59,188 bases of DNA from Promethearchaeia archaeon (GCA_046483985.1 JAWOCD010000103.1:1-59188), one strand, 5' to 3'; shown: positions 10,022-20,670, numbered from the stretch's first letter. Numbers and translations: made by a program. The notes: generated by a model from the sequence alone, not told the origin.

Positions 10022-10732
10022 TTACAGCTTTTCGCTTTCAGAGCGTAATGTTCCTAACCAATAGAGCGTACTTTGTAAAAAGAACGAATTGTCCATTCTC
10101 TTGATATTTTTCATAATATCTAATCCAGCTATCCCTAAATGCCGTCCCAATGAATAAAATCCGTAGACTGCTAAATGCCGAGATTCTGGCCACGGTTCAT
10201 GACTGAAAATCAATGATTTTGCTCCTGAAGGATCATTTATTTTAATTGTGGCTGTATTTCCCGTATAGACTGCCCGTATGCCCATTGTTAAGGAATCAAG
10301 GGAAATTCCCTTGCAGACAGTTTTATAATAGTCATCTCCTTCGTAATCCTTTTCATGGGCAAGATAATCCGGATTAAATTCATAACCCAAATGCTTTGCA
10401 ATATCATTTAAATTGGTATTATTATATTGATCCCCTCCAGATTGATGGACTAAACACAGCGCTCCTCCTTCTCGTAAATATCTCATTAATTCCTTTATCT
10501 CATCTTCTGTAAAAGTTGAGTCTGTTGGTGCTCCGATGAGAAACATGGTATAATCTTCAATTAAATCTGCGGTGATCGGCGATTGCGAAAGTTTATAGAC
10601 CTCATAATTATTTTCCTTTAAGAAGTCTCGGAGTGGTTTATATTCGTCTGAAGTGATATCTAAAACTTCATTGTGGCTGGAATCAAACAAAATAGTCTTT
10701 GTTTCTTCGGGAACTTTCCCATCTTCTGACAT
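10022..10732 (-). CDS. GIFT/DUF4350 (IFT52/GldG-like) domain protein
   Basis: ILFDSSHNE...IGAP...FTEDEIKELMRYLREGG...GGDQYNNTNLN pattern; no signal peptide. Confidence 0.7.
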   Translation of the reverse strand: MSEDGKVPEETKTILFDSSHNEVLDITSDEYKPLRDFLKENNYEVYKLSQSPITADLIEDYTMFLIGAPTDSTFTEDEIKELMRYLREGGALCLVHQSGGDQYNNTNLNDIAKHLGYEFNPDYLAHEKDYEGDDYYKTVCKGISLDSLTMGIRAVYTGNTATIKINDPSGAKSLIFSHEPWPESRHLAVYGFYSLGRHLGIAGLDIMKNIKRMDNSFFLQSTLYWLGTLRSESEKL

Positions 10733-12280
10733 TTATTGATCCTCCAATATTGATTCAATCTCTTTTATACGTTTCTTAATCTTTTTTACATCCTTTTTTA
10801 ATCTGGAAGTTTGTTTTTTATATTTTTTCTCTTCCACGTCTCCAGACTCTCTTTGCTTACCTAAAAATTCAAGAAGATTATTATTAGAGTTTAATTTACT
10901 CTCTAAACTCTCTTTTTCCGCCTTTAACTCATCAATATCGACTTCTTCCTCTTCCTCCTCTTCTTCAATTTCTTCTTCCTCTTCAATTTCTTCTTCCTCC
11001 CCCATTAATTGATTTAATTCTTCACTCATATCTTCCCTTTCTCCCAGCGAAACCTCTTCTGAGGTTTCGTTAGTCTCCGATGAAGGTTTCATTTGAGGGT
11101 TCAGTGTTCGTTTTTTCCCTTTCAAAGCTTCAGGACGGGGTGGAGGAGCTGTTAGTGGCGGCTCCTCTAAGTTATGAATACTATTCGGCTCTCCAGCAGA
11201 GGCTTGAGGTTGTTCACTTGCAACTGCTTCGGCTTGTTCCTTCCGATTATATGATTCTTGGTCATAATTATCATAGGAATAAGTTTCTTCGTTGATTTCT
11301 TGAGGAGTTACTTGAGGATTCTCCTGGGTTTGCTTTATACTAACGAATTCTTCATCTGAAACTGCAGCTTTTTCAATTATTTGCTCTACTATCCCTCTCA
11401 TTGTATTTAATTCAGCTAAAAAGCTTTTTAAGATTTTTAATAAATCACTTTTCTCTGAAATTCGAAATGACAGATCAATATCAGGGACCTGTTCATTATA
11501 GTCAAAATTCTGGGTTTCGCGAGAACTGGCACGACCTTGGACACGACCTTCTTGATCAGGAGTAGGTTGAGGAGCAGTTTCTCCTTCCCTTAACTCTCGA
11601 CGATAATCCGAAACTAACCACTTAAACAAATTTAATGTCAATTTAGAATGATCTTCGTAATCAAATCCTCCGCTTGTATCATCCCTAAACATTTCATAAC
11701 TTCCTATTGCACAAACCCTCCCATGATCTGGCTCCGCAACACAAATGAGTGGACAAGAAAAAGGTTCAGATGTATCATTAGAGACCGCAATTGTATGGGA
11801 GTCCCCCATGATTGAAAGCGAACATCCTGCTCTGTAACATAGGGAGTCAATCCCGTCGGTTATAGGGTGAGGAGGGTTAAAATTTGTAACAAGGGGTCTA
11901 TTTTCTAATCCCAAATTTTTTTCATCGTCCAAAACTTGATCACTTTCGAAAGCAATTCCAAATCTCTCTGCGAGTACACTAAGATTCGAATTTCTGCCTT
12001 TATCTCCTCCAGCATGGCTTAGTAACAATAAACCGCCTCCATCTTCTCGGACCCAATTTTCAATCTCAAGCATTTCCTGATGAGAGATTTTTGCAAAATC
12101 TGGGCAAACAAAGACCAATATGTCGTATCGATTTAAAGAATCTTGGGTGATCGGAGTTTCTAAAAACTCATAACATAATAGACCATTATTATTCAAATGA
12201 TCTCTCAGTTGGGTAAGGTTATCGTTTATTTTCCCCCTGGGCTTATGAGCTATATCAAAGGCTACATAGTATTCATCCAT
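10733..12280 (-). CDS. GIFT/DUF4350 domain protein with acidic linker and C-terminal coiled coil
   Basis: AFDIAHKP...DILVFVCP...WVREDGGGLLLLSHAGGD...SNLSVLAERFGIAF; poly-Glu tract; abuts the paralog below. Confidence 0.7.
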   Translation of the reverse strand: MDEYYVAFDIAHKPRGKINDNLTQLRDHLNNNGLLCYEFLETPITQDSLNRYDILVFVCPDFAKISHQEMLEIENWVREDGGGLLLLSHAGGDKGRNSNLSVLAERFGIAFESDQVLDDEKNLGLENRPLVTNFNPPHPITDGIDSLCYRAGCSLSIMGDSHTIAVSNDTSEPFSCPLICVAEPDHGRVCAIGSYEMFRDDTSGGFDYEDHSKLTLNLFKWLVSDYRRELREGETAPQPTPDQEGRVQGRASSRETQNFDYNEQVPDIDLSFRISEKSDLLKILKSFLAELNTMRGIVEQIIEKAAVSDEEFVSIKQTQENPQVTPQEINEETYSYDNYDQESYNRKEQAEAVASEQPQASAGEPNSIHNLEEPPLTAPPPRPEALKGKKRTLNPQMKPSSETNETSEEVSLGEREDMSEELNQLMGEEEEIEEEEEIEEEEEEEEVDIDELKAEKESLESKLNSNNNLLEFLGKQRESGDVEEKKYKKQTSRLKKDVKKIKKRIKEIESILEDQ

Positions 12281-12445
12281 TTTCTTTTACCTTCTTATTT
12301 TGAATATAATCAATAATTATCTAAAGTGATATCAATAATTAAATAATTAATTTATTAGTAGTATATTTAGTAGTATGTATAATAGTTTAAATTTCATATA
12401 ATAAAAAATTTAAACTTCGTATGGCATGGCGTAAAGAAAAAAACC

Positions 12446-13543
12446 TTAATAAATGCTTTTATCCCCAATAATCAGATTCTCTTTACTTATTTTTTCCACT
12501 TTGACATTGCTGCCAATAATTGATTTTTCTGTAATTATATCTTTTAAGTAAGTATTTCTCTCGATTACGCAATTCTCTAAAATACAATTCTCGATAGTTG
12601 TATTTTTATCAATAGAAACGTAGGGACCAACGACTGAATTTATAATTTTAACATTTTTTCCCAGATGAACTGGGTTTTTTAATTTTGAACGTTCTAAAGT
12701 GATATTCATCTCATCATAGTCTTGACTTTGAGTAGTCAAGTTTTCTAAAAGATATTTATTCCCATGCAGTAAGTTCTCTGGTCTTCCAAAATCTAGAATT
12801 CCTTTCTTAAGCTTAACGGCTGCAATCCTAAAACCTTGATCAACGAGATCTTGCAAACTATCGGTCATATAAATTTCTTCGGAATCTTTTGTTCTTTGGT
12901 CTAAATACGTTTTAAGGTTTCCAAATAAGGCATCCATTGCAGAGTTTGAGAATGCATAAATTCCCGCTATTGCTAAATTCGAGATATATTCCTCGGGTTT
13001 CTCAACCAGTCTTTGGATAATATTATTTTCATCGACTTCCACGATCCCGTAAGAGCCAGCGTCTTCTTTTGGAACTTCCATGACTGTTATTATCCCATCC
13101 ACATCCGATTCATAATATCGATACATTAAATACGAGTATTCATCCAATAGAATCATATCCCCCAAAAAGATTAACCCCCCATTTCTCTTATTTTTCTCGT
13201 TGTTATCGGTGTCGAGTTTTTCAAACCGTTCATGAGCCAAATAGATTGCTTCTCCTAAACCCCAATAATACGGTACATTATCTTTGAAGCCTCTCGGAGT
13301 TTGCTCGAGGAAGGTTAATTTGAATTTATCTTTATAATGCCGTTTCACATAATTTATGATTTGGCGTTTTTTATAACCCACAATAAGAATTAATTCGGTA
13401 TCGGTATCAAAGGTATTAAGAAACTTTTCCAGGATATGATCTAATACGGTTTTTCCAGCCACATGGATAAATGCTTTCGGTTTACTCAATGTAAATGGTC
13501 TCAGTCGTGAACCTATGCCGGCAATAGGACCGATTATTTTCAT
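12446..13543 (-). CDS. Sugar-phosphate nucleotidyltransferase
   Basis: PIAGIGSRLRPFTLSKPK, LVEKP, C-terminal left-handed beta-helix repeats. Confidence 0.9.
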   Translation of the reverse strand: MKIIGPIAGIGSRLRPFTLSKPKAFIHVAGKTVLDHILEKFLNTFDTDTELILIVGYKKRQIINYVKRHYKDKFKLTFLEQTPRGFKDNVPYYWGLGEAIYLAHERFEKLDTDNNEKNKRNGGLIFLGDMILLDEYSYLMYRYYESDVDGIITVMEVPKEDAGSYGIVEVDENNIIQRLVEKPEEYISNLAIAGIYAFSNSAMDALFGNLKTYLDQRTKDSEEIYMTDSLQDLVDQGFRIAAVKLKKGILDFGRPENLLHGNKYLLENLTTQSQDYDEMNITLERSKLKNPVHLGKNVKIINSVVGPYVSIDKNTTIENCILENCVIERNTYLKDIITEKSIIGSNVKVEKISKENLIIGDKSIY

Positions 13544-13697
13544 GGAATCTCCCTTACAATAATTGCAATTTTCATTTTGTTATTTTGGAAGATATTAATT
13601 TTATTTTTAGATAGATATTAACATAAGAAAATATTTTAATTTGAAATTTATGAATCTTCTGTACTGCAACTTATTCCTAAAATAGTTAACAAATCCC

Positions 13698-14474
13698 TCA
13701 ATAAAATCGAGATTTATCAGAATTGTACACTCGCTGTAAATACGCAAATAAATAATCTAAGCCGTCATCTTCTTTAATAGTGGTAGGGATTAATTCTGTC
13801 GTGGAGCCTAATTGGACAAACACATCGGAAAGCAGCATAGATAATTCCCGGATCAATCCTTTCTCCCTCTCACTTGTGGAGTCTTCTAAGGCTTGAAAAT
13901 CTTGGCTCCAATTTAACACCATATCGATTTGGTACTCGTCAAGTATATCGGATTTGGATAATACATTAATTTGCGGGATGTTCTGAAAGCGAAATTGAAC
14001 GGATGCGGCTAATAGAAGGGAGGAAATAAACCCATTTGGCCGAGTAACCATATTTGAATCAAATAAAAAGGACACAGACTTTTGGGTAGCCTCAAACCCT
14101 AAAGAGCTGGCAATTAATGGGCCCGTTTCTCGAAATGCAAATAACTCTAATTGCCCCGCCGTATCTACTAACACCCAATCAGGGTTATATTGGTCTATTT
14201 CAAATTTTAGATCATCCAGATAATTCACCATAAGATCTGAGGATAAAATCATTGCCCCATTTGGACCCAAGCCGTACTCTGCCATAACTTCTTCAAGAAC
14301 TAAATACTCCCTGATATCAATATCGGGTTTATACGGCATCACTTTCGCACCAGGATCCAGATTTAGAGTGATAACCGAGATTTCCGGATCTCGATTTAAG
14401 AGATACTCTTTTAACGCTCCGCACATCGTCGACTTTCCCGAACCCGCTGTCCCAATAAAATAATTTAAAAACAT
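13698..14474 (-). CDS. GPN-loop GTPase
   Basis: GTAGSGKST, NLDPG, GLGPNG, DTAGQLE. Confidence 0.95.
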   Translation of the reverse strand: MFLNYFIGTAGSGKSTMCGALKEYLLNRDPEISVITLNLDPGAKVMPYKPDIDIREYLVLEEVMAEYGLGPNGAMILSSDLMVNYLDDLKFEIDQYNPDWVLVDTAGQLELFAFRETGPLIASSLGFEATQKSVSFLFDSNMVTRPNGFISSLLLAASVQFRFQNIPQINVLSKSDILDEYQIDMVLNWSQDFQALEDSTSEREKGLIRELSMLLSDVFVQLGSTTELIPTTIKEDDGLDYLFAYLQRVYNSDKSRFY

Positions 14475-14557
14475 TTCTCAAAACCTTCCTTAGTATGGAA
14501 TTGAATTATCCTATATTTCATAATCCTCGATCGTTTGTAAATATTTTCGGAATATTC

Positions 14558-14944
14558 TTATTCATCAGCTGCTAATTGTGAAAGATAATAGATTGGCTCC
14601 CCGCGTAGTTCTTGGAACTGTTCAATTTCTTCACGGGTATGGGACCCGATATAGTTATTAACATTAAGCACTAATAGTGCATCGAGATCTTTTAATTTTT
14701 TGAGACATATCTCTTGGAGCGCCTCCCATTCCTCTTTAGAAAACAAATTTTTATGCAATAACCCGTCCAGAGAACAGATGCATACTAATTTGGAATATCT
14801 AATTTGCAAGAGGGATTCAATCTCAAAAAAGGTGTCTTTAAATCGGGAAGAGCCTACTAATCCCACCTTTTTTCCTTTAATGCGTGAAAAATCGTATTTC
14901 TGATATTTAGTGAGAAAGTCTCGGCTTAATCTCTGTTTCTTCAT
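14558..14944 (-). CDS. Hypothetical protein (possible nucleoside deoxyribosyltransferase-like fold)
   Basis: GSSRFKD...DALLVLNVNNYIGSHTREEIE pattern. Confidence 0.55.
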   Translation of the reverse strand: MKKQRLSRDFLTKYQKYDFSRIKGKKVGLVGSSRFKDTFFEIESLLQIRYSKLVCICSLDGLLHKNLFSKEEWEALQEICLKKLKDLDALLVLNVNNYIGSHTREEIEQFQELRGEPIYYLSQLAADE

Positions 14945-15033
14945 ATTATAAGTTAATTATTTAATTTTTTTAAACTAGTAAGAATTACTTTCATTCAATA
15001 AAATAATAATACAATTTTGAGAAGGGAAAATCT

Positions 15034-15384
15034 ATGGTAAAAAAATTTGCTCTCTTTGCTTATAATGGGGATCCGATGTGTTTTCTCCATGTAATTCTCA
15101 ATGCACTCGATTTTGATGAGAAAGGATACAAGGCCAAGGTTATCGTGGAAGGAAGCGCCTGCAAACTTGCCAAGGAATTTGGAAATGAAGACAACCCATT
15201 TTATGGAATGTATCAAAAACTGAAGAATTCGGGGTTAATTGATTGTTTTTGCAAGGCATGCAGCGGGAAAATGGGGACATTGAAGAAAGTAGAAGAATTA
15301 GGGTTTCCTACGTGCGACGAGATGAACGGACATCCCAGTATGGCAAAGTATATCTCTGATGGTTATACAATTATTACCTTTTAG
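15034..15384 (+). CDS. DsrE-like protein
   Basis: MCFLHVILNALD, CKAC, C-terminal GYTIITF. Confidence 0.75.
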   Translation: MVKKFALFAYNGDPMCFLHVILNALDFDEKGYKAKVIVEGSACKLAKEFGNEDNPFYGMYQKLKNSGLIDCFCKACSGKMGTLKKVEELGFPTCDEMNGHPSMAKYISDGYTIITF

Positions 15385-15604
15385 ATCATCGGGGAAAATG
15401 AGCACAGACAAATTGTTATTTATCGGATTCATCATTGGAATAATTGCTTATGTAATTGAATATATCGGAAAGGGGATTCATAAGTTATATCATTTTCTTA
15501 TCATGTCTAATGCAAATCTAATGAGGAAAGATAAAATTCAAATAATATTCATTACTATTATCATTATCTTATTTTAAAGAATAGCCATACATTGGTTAGT
15601 TTAC

Positions 15605-15706
15605 GGGAGTGTGGCGCAGCCCGGTAGCGCGACAGGCTCCAGACTCTTATGCCTAGGCGTAAACGGAGTTACTTGTTGGCCGGGGGTTCGAATCCCTCCG
15701 CTCCCA
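15605..15706 (+). tRNA. tRNA-Trp(CCA) with 28-nt intron at 37/38 (15643-15670)
   Basis: Acceptor GGGAGTG/CGCTCCC, D arm GCGC/GCGC, anticodon stem ACAGG/CTTGT with CT-CCA-G, T arm GGGGG-TTCGAAT-CCCTC; intron GGAG pairs with exon CTCC. Confidence 0.95.
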
Positions 15707-15755
15707 TCTTTTTATGCTTTAATACAATTTTTCTCCTCTATATTTTGTCCATCAG

Positions 15756-16919
15756 ATGAAAAGTGATAAATTTCTAATATTGCAAAAAATTGATAAAGAT
15801 ATGCACGTCGATACAATTCATACAGAACTCTTAGAATTAATCGACGGTCTCAAGTATCCCATCATTCAAGGAGGGATGGGACCGTATGGGACAAACAATC
15901 TGGCTGCCGCAGTTGCAAAGGGTGGTGGAGTTGGATTAATTTCAACTGTCGGAATGGCTTCTGAAGAGAATTTTAACATGACAAAAGACCTTGATGTGGA
16001 CCCCATTTTTGGGCCCCCTCCTACAGAAGAGCGGCTTATCCGTTCAATTGATTTTGTAGCAGAAGAATTAGAGGACACAGATGATTGTGTCTTCGGGTTG
16101 AATATTCCGATCACCAGGGAATTCGAAAATACGGCGGATTTAATCTTACGCACCGCTTATGAATACGTTGAATCCAATCCAGCCATAAAGGACAAACTGA
16201 AAGTGATTATCACCTCTGCCGGGAATCCCGATCAAGACTATGTCAGAAAGTGGGCAAAGAAAATCGGACTGAAATGGGGTCATGTCGTGCCCAGCGTCCG
16301 ACATGCAGAGAAGGCGGAGCATGCCGGTGTGGATTTTATCGTGGCCTCTGGGCGAGAAGGAGGAGCTCATATAAGTTGGCGGGATGCCCATTCAATGGTA
16401 TTGATACCGGCGGTGGTAGATGCGGTTGAAAAACCGGTAGTTGCTGCGGGAGGATTTTGCGATGGTCGGTCCTTTACTGCAGCGCTAGCTTTAGGGGCTG
16501 TAGGAGTTCAGATGGGTACCCGGTTTATTGCAACCAAAGAATCCGACTTTCAAGAGGTCTGGAAACGTTCCATCCCTCCCAAAAAAGAGACCGACACGTT
16601 GGTGGGCCGAGGGTTTTTTGGACCGATGCGCTTTATCCGTAATGAAACCTCGGAAAAAATGGTCGAGCTGGCATTGGAAAACATTCCGAAGATGTTTTTG
16701 GGAAAGCCCTTATTTCCTACCCAGGAGATGATCGATGTAGAGATGGATTCCTTCAATGCACTCCATACCGCTAAAGAAACGGATAACGAAAGTGTATTGA
16801 TGTTGGGAGGGGAAGCGATCGGACGGATAGAGAATGTTCCCACGGTTGAGCAGTTATTAAACGATATTATGAAGAACGCCCATATGAACCTACGAAGGTT
16901 GAAAAAATACGCAAAATAA
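15756..16919 (+). CDS. Nitronate monooxygenase / FabK-like flavoenzyme
   Basis: KYPIIQGGM, EGGAH, VVAAGGFCDGR, GVQMGTRF; start may be ATG at 15801. Confidence 0.9.
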   Translation: MKSDKFLILQKIDKDMHVDTIHTELLELIDGLKYPIIQGGMGPYGTNNLAAAVAKGGGVGLISTVGMASEENFNMTKDLDVDPIFGPPPTEERLIRSIDFVAEELEDTDDCVFGLNIPITREFENTADLILRTAYEYVESNPAIKDKLKVIITSAGNPDQDYVRKWAKKIGLKWGHVVPSVRHAEKAEHAGVDFIVASGREGGAHISWRDAHSMVLIPAVVDAVEKPVVAAGGFCDGRSFTAALALGAVGVQMGTRFIATKESDFQEVWKRSIPPKKETDTLVGRGFFGPMRFIRNETSEKMVELALENIPKMFLGKPLFPTQEMIDVEMDSFNALHTAKETDNESVLMLGGEAIGRIENVPTVEQLLNDIMKNAHMNLRRLKKYAK

Positions 16920-16939
16920 ACAGAAAGAAAACACATGGT

Positions 16940-17437
16940 CTAATCGATTTTCTTGCCACAGAGAGGGCAATATTTCGGATTTTTTTCATCACGTAAACTG
17001 GAACCACAATTCGGACAATAATTTACTTTTTGTCTCCGTTTTGGCTCTCGAACGATGGGGTCTGTAATTTTTTCCAGGCGGGATTTCAGTCGGCCCCCAC
17101 ATCTTAAACAATACTGAATTGGATGCCCATCCACATAGGTTCTAACGTAAGTACCACAATCGGTACATTTTACAAATAAACGTAAATTACATTGCGGACA
17201 GACCTCTGTGTAAATACTTTCTAACTCCAGGCCACATCGTGGACACATATAGTTCGGTTCAAAGAAATATTTTGAGCAGATTAAAAGAACTACCAATCCA
17301 ATGGCAATAAATATAATAATTCCGTAATAAAGACCGCCCATGCCTTCAAATAAATTCCCCAAAATGAGAAATGTAAATATTAAAAATGATAAAAGACACA
17401 GCAGTCCGCAAAGATTATTTTTTTTAATTTCTTTCAT
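16940..17437 (-). CDS. Membrane protein with multiple zinc ribbons
   Basis: Two N-terminal TM segments, six CxxC pairs. Confidence 0.8.
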   Translation of the reverse strand: MKEIKKNNLCGLLCLLSFLIFTFLILGNLFEGMGGLYYGIIIFIAIGLVVLLICSKYFFEPNYMCPRCGLELESIYTEVCPQCNLRLFVKCTDCGTYVRTYVDGHPIQYCLRCGGRLKSRLEKITDPIVREPKRRQKVNYCPNCGSSLRDEKNPKYCPLCGKKID

Positions 17438-17614
17438 AGCAAAGATGTAGATGAGGTTGATTAAATTTTTTGGGGTTTTGAGCTTTATCTAAAAAATCAA
17501 GTATAGGTCTTATAGAAACAAAATAAAGGATAAAATGAAAAAATTTAATAATTTTAAATCTCTTTATATAAATAGAAAAATAAAACAATAACAAACGAGA
17601 TGATATAAAAAAAA

Positions 17615-17818
17615 ATGCCTGGTTCTCACGGAAGTTTAACTAAAGCTGGCAAGGTTCGTCAGCAAACGCCTAAAGTGGAAAGAACGGGAGTAAACGCTAC
17701 CCCAAAAAAAATCCCTCGGATGCGCTATAGGGAATTATATAAAAAGCGTTTTGAAGAAGGTAAGTTCGGCGGACAGTCTGACAGCATAAACGCCAGACGT
17801 GCGAAATACAACAAATAA
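17615..17818 (+). CDS. rps30e: Ribosomal protein eS30
   Basis: HGSLTKAGKVRQQTPKV signature. Confidence 0.96.
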   Translation: MPGSHGSLTKAGKVRQQTPKVERTGVNATPKKIPRMRYRELYKKRFEEGKFGGQSDSINARRAKYNK

Positions 17819-17878
17819 TAACTAAAAATCTTTTATTTCATTAATTGCTTTTCACTATTTATTCTATATATATTCTTA

Positions 17879-19780
17879 TCAGATATTTACCCCAATTTTT
17901 TTCAGAGTTTGTTTTATTTCTCTGCTTTTATCGAGATAAAGCTGTGCCTTACGACTTTTATTTTCCAGAAATTTAAAATAATCGCTCATGAGCAAATTCC
18001 AACGAATAGCTCGCTTCATTCCTGGGATAGTCTGGCGTGAAATATCGTGTTGACTTTTTTCCAGGAATGTCACGGCCCGCTTTCGATTCTCTGTTTCATG
18101 AATTGACAACTCGGCCAATTCTAAAAGAATTTTTATGCGAAGCTTTCTAAATTGGTTATCTTCAAATTTTGACTCTTTAAAACTCGTTTTTAGCAGCCGA
18201 AGAGCGCGGTTTGGATAGCCTCGTTTTTTAAACTTCTGCGCTCTCTTCAATATGTAGTTAAATTTAACGCTCAGAGTGTTATTTCCAATTTCGAATGCCT
18301 TCTTTAAATTCGGTTTTGCTTTCGAGTCTTCATTCCTTTCTAAATGGATTAGTCCCAAATACAGATAAGAGTTCCCCAAGAATATCGTACTCTCTTTAAA
18401 TTCCACTTCCTCGTTACTTAAAAAGTTGATAATAATATCAAAATGATCGAGCGCATTTTCCAAGTCTCTGGATTGGAAAAATAATTTTCCCAGTTTATAA
18501 TGAATTTCTATAATATATTTAATAGGGACATTTCCTGATTTAGTAATTGCTAAGGCATTCTGATAATAATTTATCTCCATTTTTTTATTGTTTAGAAGCT
18601 TGGCAATTTTAGCTAGGGCAAAAAGTACAAGAATAGTAAAGCGTTTCTGATGATATCGATTAAAGACCTTCAAGGAATCGTTTAGAATTTCGGTAGCTTC
18701 ATTAAATTTATAATCTTTAATCATCTTTAGCGCCTTTTTATAGTTTTCATACCATTCCAGAAGCTCAAAACTCTGCGGAGCGATAGTGAATAGCTGACGG
18801 TTTATCGGTTTGAGATCTTTCATAGTTAAGCTTTCATAATATAACGTCGAAAAAGGAAAATTGTTCTCTTCTTGTTCAAACTCGTCACTCTGCAAGAGTT
18901 TTTTATAATTAAAGTCGATTAACTCATGCTGCAGTTGAGGGATCCCAGCCTCGTTAATAACATTTATCAGGGAGTTTAATAAAAGACGGGAAAACCTAAT
19001 CCAGCGGGTTAATAGTTTCTCGATTTGATAATCATCATAGTCCTTAAATAAATTATATAACAAATAAGGATTATATGTTTCAAAAAAAGAACGAAGATAG
19101 CACTTTTCAAATTGGAGATCCTTAAAGTAAGTCAAAAATTCCTTCTCAAACAAGAAAAATTCATCAAATTGCTCCCCGTTTGAAAATAAGAGTGTTTCGG
19201 ATTGTCGTAATTTTGGGATTCCTTTTTCCAATTCCCAGGGGGAATCTTTAGTTGCAGATAGACCCACATTATTTATAGTCTCCACAATGGGTTGTTCTTT
19301 CTTCTTGAGGTAAGTCTGTAAGATATTATTAATCTTCGATTCTTCCCTCTTATTCAATTGCGCTATCCGAATTTTATTCTTCCATGTGCTTTCTGGTTCA
19401 TTTTGATTAATCTCGGGAAAGAGGATATTTAACAATTCCAAAAATTCTGATTTCTTCTCTTTAAACGGAAGTTTATGATTAAGTCTAATATTGTTTGTTT
19501 GCTCGCGTAATAAAGAAAGCAAATTTTGGAGTATAGCATAAATATTCTTATTCAAATGAAAAAATTGGAATGCTATTGAGATTTTGAAGTTTATGATTTC
19601 ATACGGAATATTAAGTCTAAAGGGCAATAAAACGGGAAATTTCACGGTAAAGATGAGAAGCTTTAATTTATGGATACTATATCTGTAATTGTTTTTTACC
19701 ATCCCTTTGATTTTCCAGTTGTTTTTTTCCAAAAATTCCTTCAGTGATTCTATTTGATTTGAGGAAAATGGCTTAATCAT
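17879..19780 (-). CDS. Hypothetical protein with C-terminal TPR repeats
   Basis: 633-aa ORF; IHYKLGKLFFQSRDLENALDHF-type repeats. Confidence 0.75.
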   Translation of the reverse strand: MIKPFSSNQIESLKEFLEKNNWKIKGMVKNNYRYSIHKLKLLIFTVKFPVLLPFRLNIPYEIINFKISIAFQFFHLNKNIYAILQNLLSLLREQTNNIRLNHKLPFKEKKSEFLELLNILFPEINQNEPESTWKNKIRIAQLNKREESKINNILQTYLKKKEQPIVETINNVGLSATKDSPWELEKGIPKLRQSETLLFSNGEQFDEFFLFEKEFLTYFKDLQFEKCYLRSFFETYNPYLLYNLFKDYDDYQIEKLLTRWIRFSRLLLNSLINVINEAGIPQLQHELIDFNYKKLLQSDEFEQEENNFPFSTLYYESLTMKDLKPINRQLFTIAPQSFELLEWYENYKKALKMIKDYKFNEATEILNDSLKVFNRYHQKRFTILVLFALAKIAKLLNNKKMEINYYQNALAITKSGNVPIKYIIEIHYKLGKLFFQSRDLENALDHFDIIINFLSNEEVEFKESTIFLGNSYLYLGLIHLERNEDSKAKPNLKKAFEIGNNTLSVKFNYILKRAQKFKKRGYPNRALRLLKTSFKESKFEDNQFRKLRIKILLELAELSIHETENRKRAVTFLEKSQHDISRQTIPGMKRAIRWNLLMSDYFKFLENKSRKAQLYLDKSREIKQTLKKIGVNI

Positions 19781-19884
19781 TAAATTACCTAAATATTAAT
19801 TATTTTTAAGTTTATTTTCCTATTATTTAATTGGATGAAATAATTCTTAAAACTTGATTTAGAGTTTAATAGTTAAAATTAGTC

Positions 19885-20670
19885 TTGTGTCCTATGAATG
19901 TCTCAGAATTTAACAATCTGCTGAAAAAAAAAATTAGAGATGCGAAAAATTATGAGAAACTAAACGATAGGAAAAGGGCGATTCGGACATGGATCAAAGT
20001 CTCAGAACTAACCCTTAAACAATCAAAAAATCCAAATATAGATATCGATTTTCGAAATTATCTCATTCAAAAAACCCGGCAAATTATTGATTATGTAAAA
20101 AAATTAAAATCTGGAAACACAGCTAACAAACAAAAGAATATTCCAGAAAATACACCAAATCCCAAGAGAAAAACCGTAAAAAAAACCCAAAATAAAGATT
20201 TATCAACTGAAGGGGACATTGATGGGAGTGGTGAAAGCGGGCGGGGTGCACATATCTCCGTAGACGATTCAGAGACGGAAAAACGGAAGGGATCAAAAAA
20301 TGAAATAACGCAAGAGAATGGGGTTAAGAATAAGACTGAAGCCATCAGTGATTTAGAATCAGAATTTGAAAATATGCCTCCCGGATTTCAACAAATAACT
20401 CCTCCCAATGAGTTTAAAGTCTCTGATATTAAAACCCCGCTTAATGAGAAAAAGATAAGGGAAAAACAAAATCAAGAAGTAGACATGAGTATTTTTCAGA
20501 ATAATAAGCAAAAGCAAAAAGAACAAAAAGAAAGAAAAGAGATTTTAAAATCGAAATCTCAAGCTCACCAGAAGGGAACGGCAGATGGGGCAATTTGTTT
20601 TGCTTGCGGCACGAAATTGGAAAATGATCAGAAGATTTGTCCCAGCTGCGGAACAAAACAAAAAAACTAA
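19885..20670 (+). CDS. MIT-like N-terminal helical domain, disordered linker and C-terminal zinc ribbon
   Basis: AKNYEKLNDRKRAIRTW...YLIQKTRQIIDYVKKLK three-helix pattern; CFACG...CPSCG. Confidence 0.6.
   Translation: MCPMNVSEFNNLLKKKIRDAKNYEKLNDRKRAIRTWIKVSELTLKQSKNPNIDIDFRNYLIQKTRQIIDYVKKLKSGNTANKQKNIPENTPNPKRKTVKKTQNKDLSTEGDIDGSGESGRGAHISVDDSETEKRKGSKNEITQENGVKNKTEAISDLESEFENMPPGFQQITPPNEFKVSDIKTPLNEKKIREKQNQEVDMSIFQNNKQKQKEQKERKEILKSKSQAHQKGTADGAICFACGTKLENDQKICPSCGTKQKN

Noticed and set aside
10945-11000. Short tandem repeats (TCTTCC/TCTTCAATT)
   Set aside because: They encode the poly-Glu tract; not CRISPR or a regulatory repeat.
15398-15577. Hydrophobic short ORF before the tRNA
   Set aside because: Low-complexity AT-rich sequence that probably overlaps the tRNA promoter; insufficient support.
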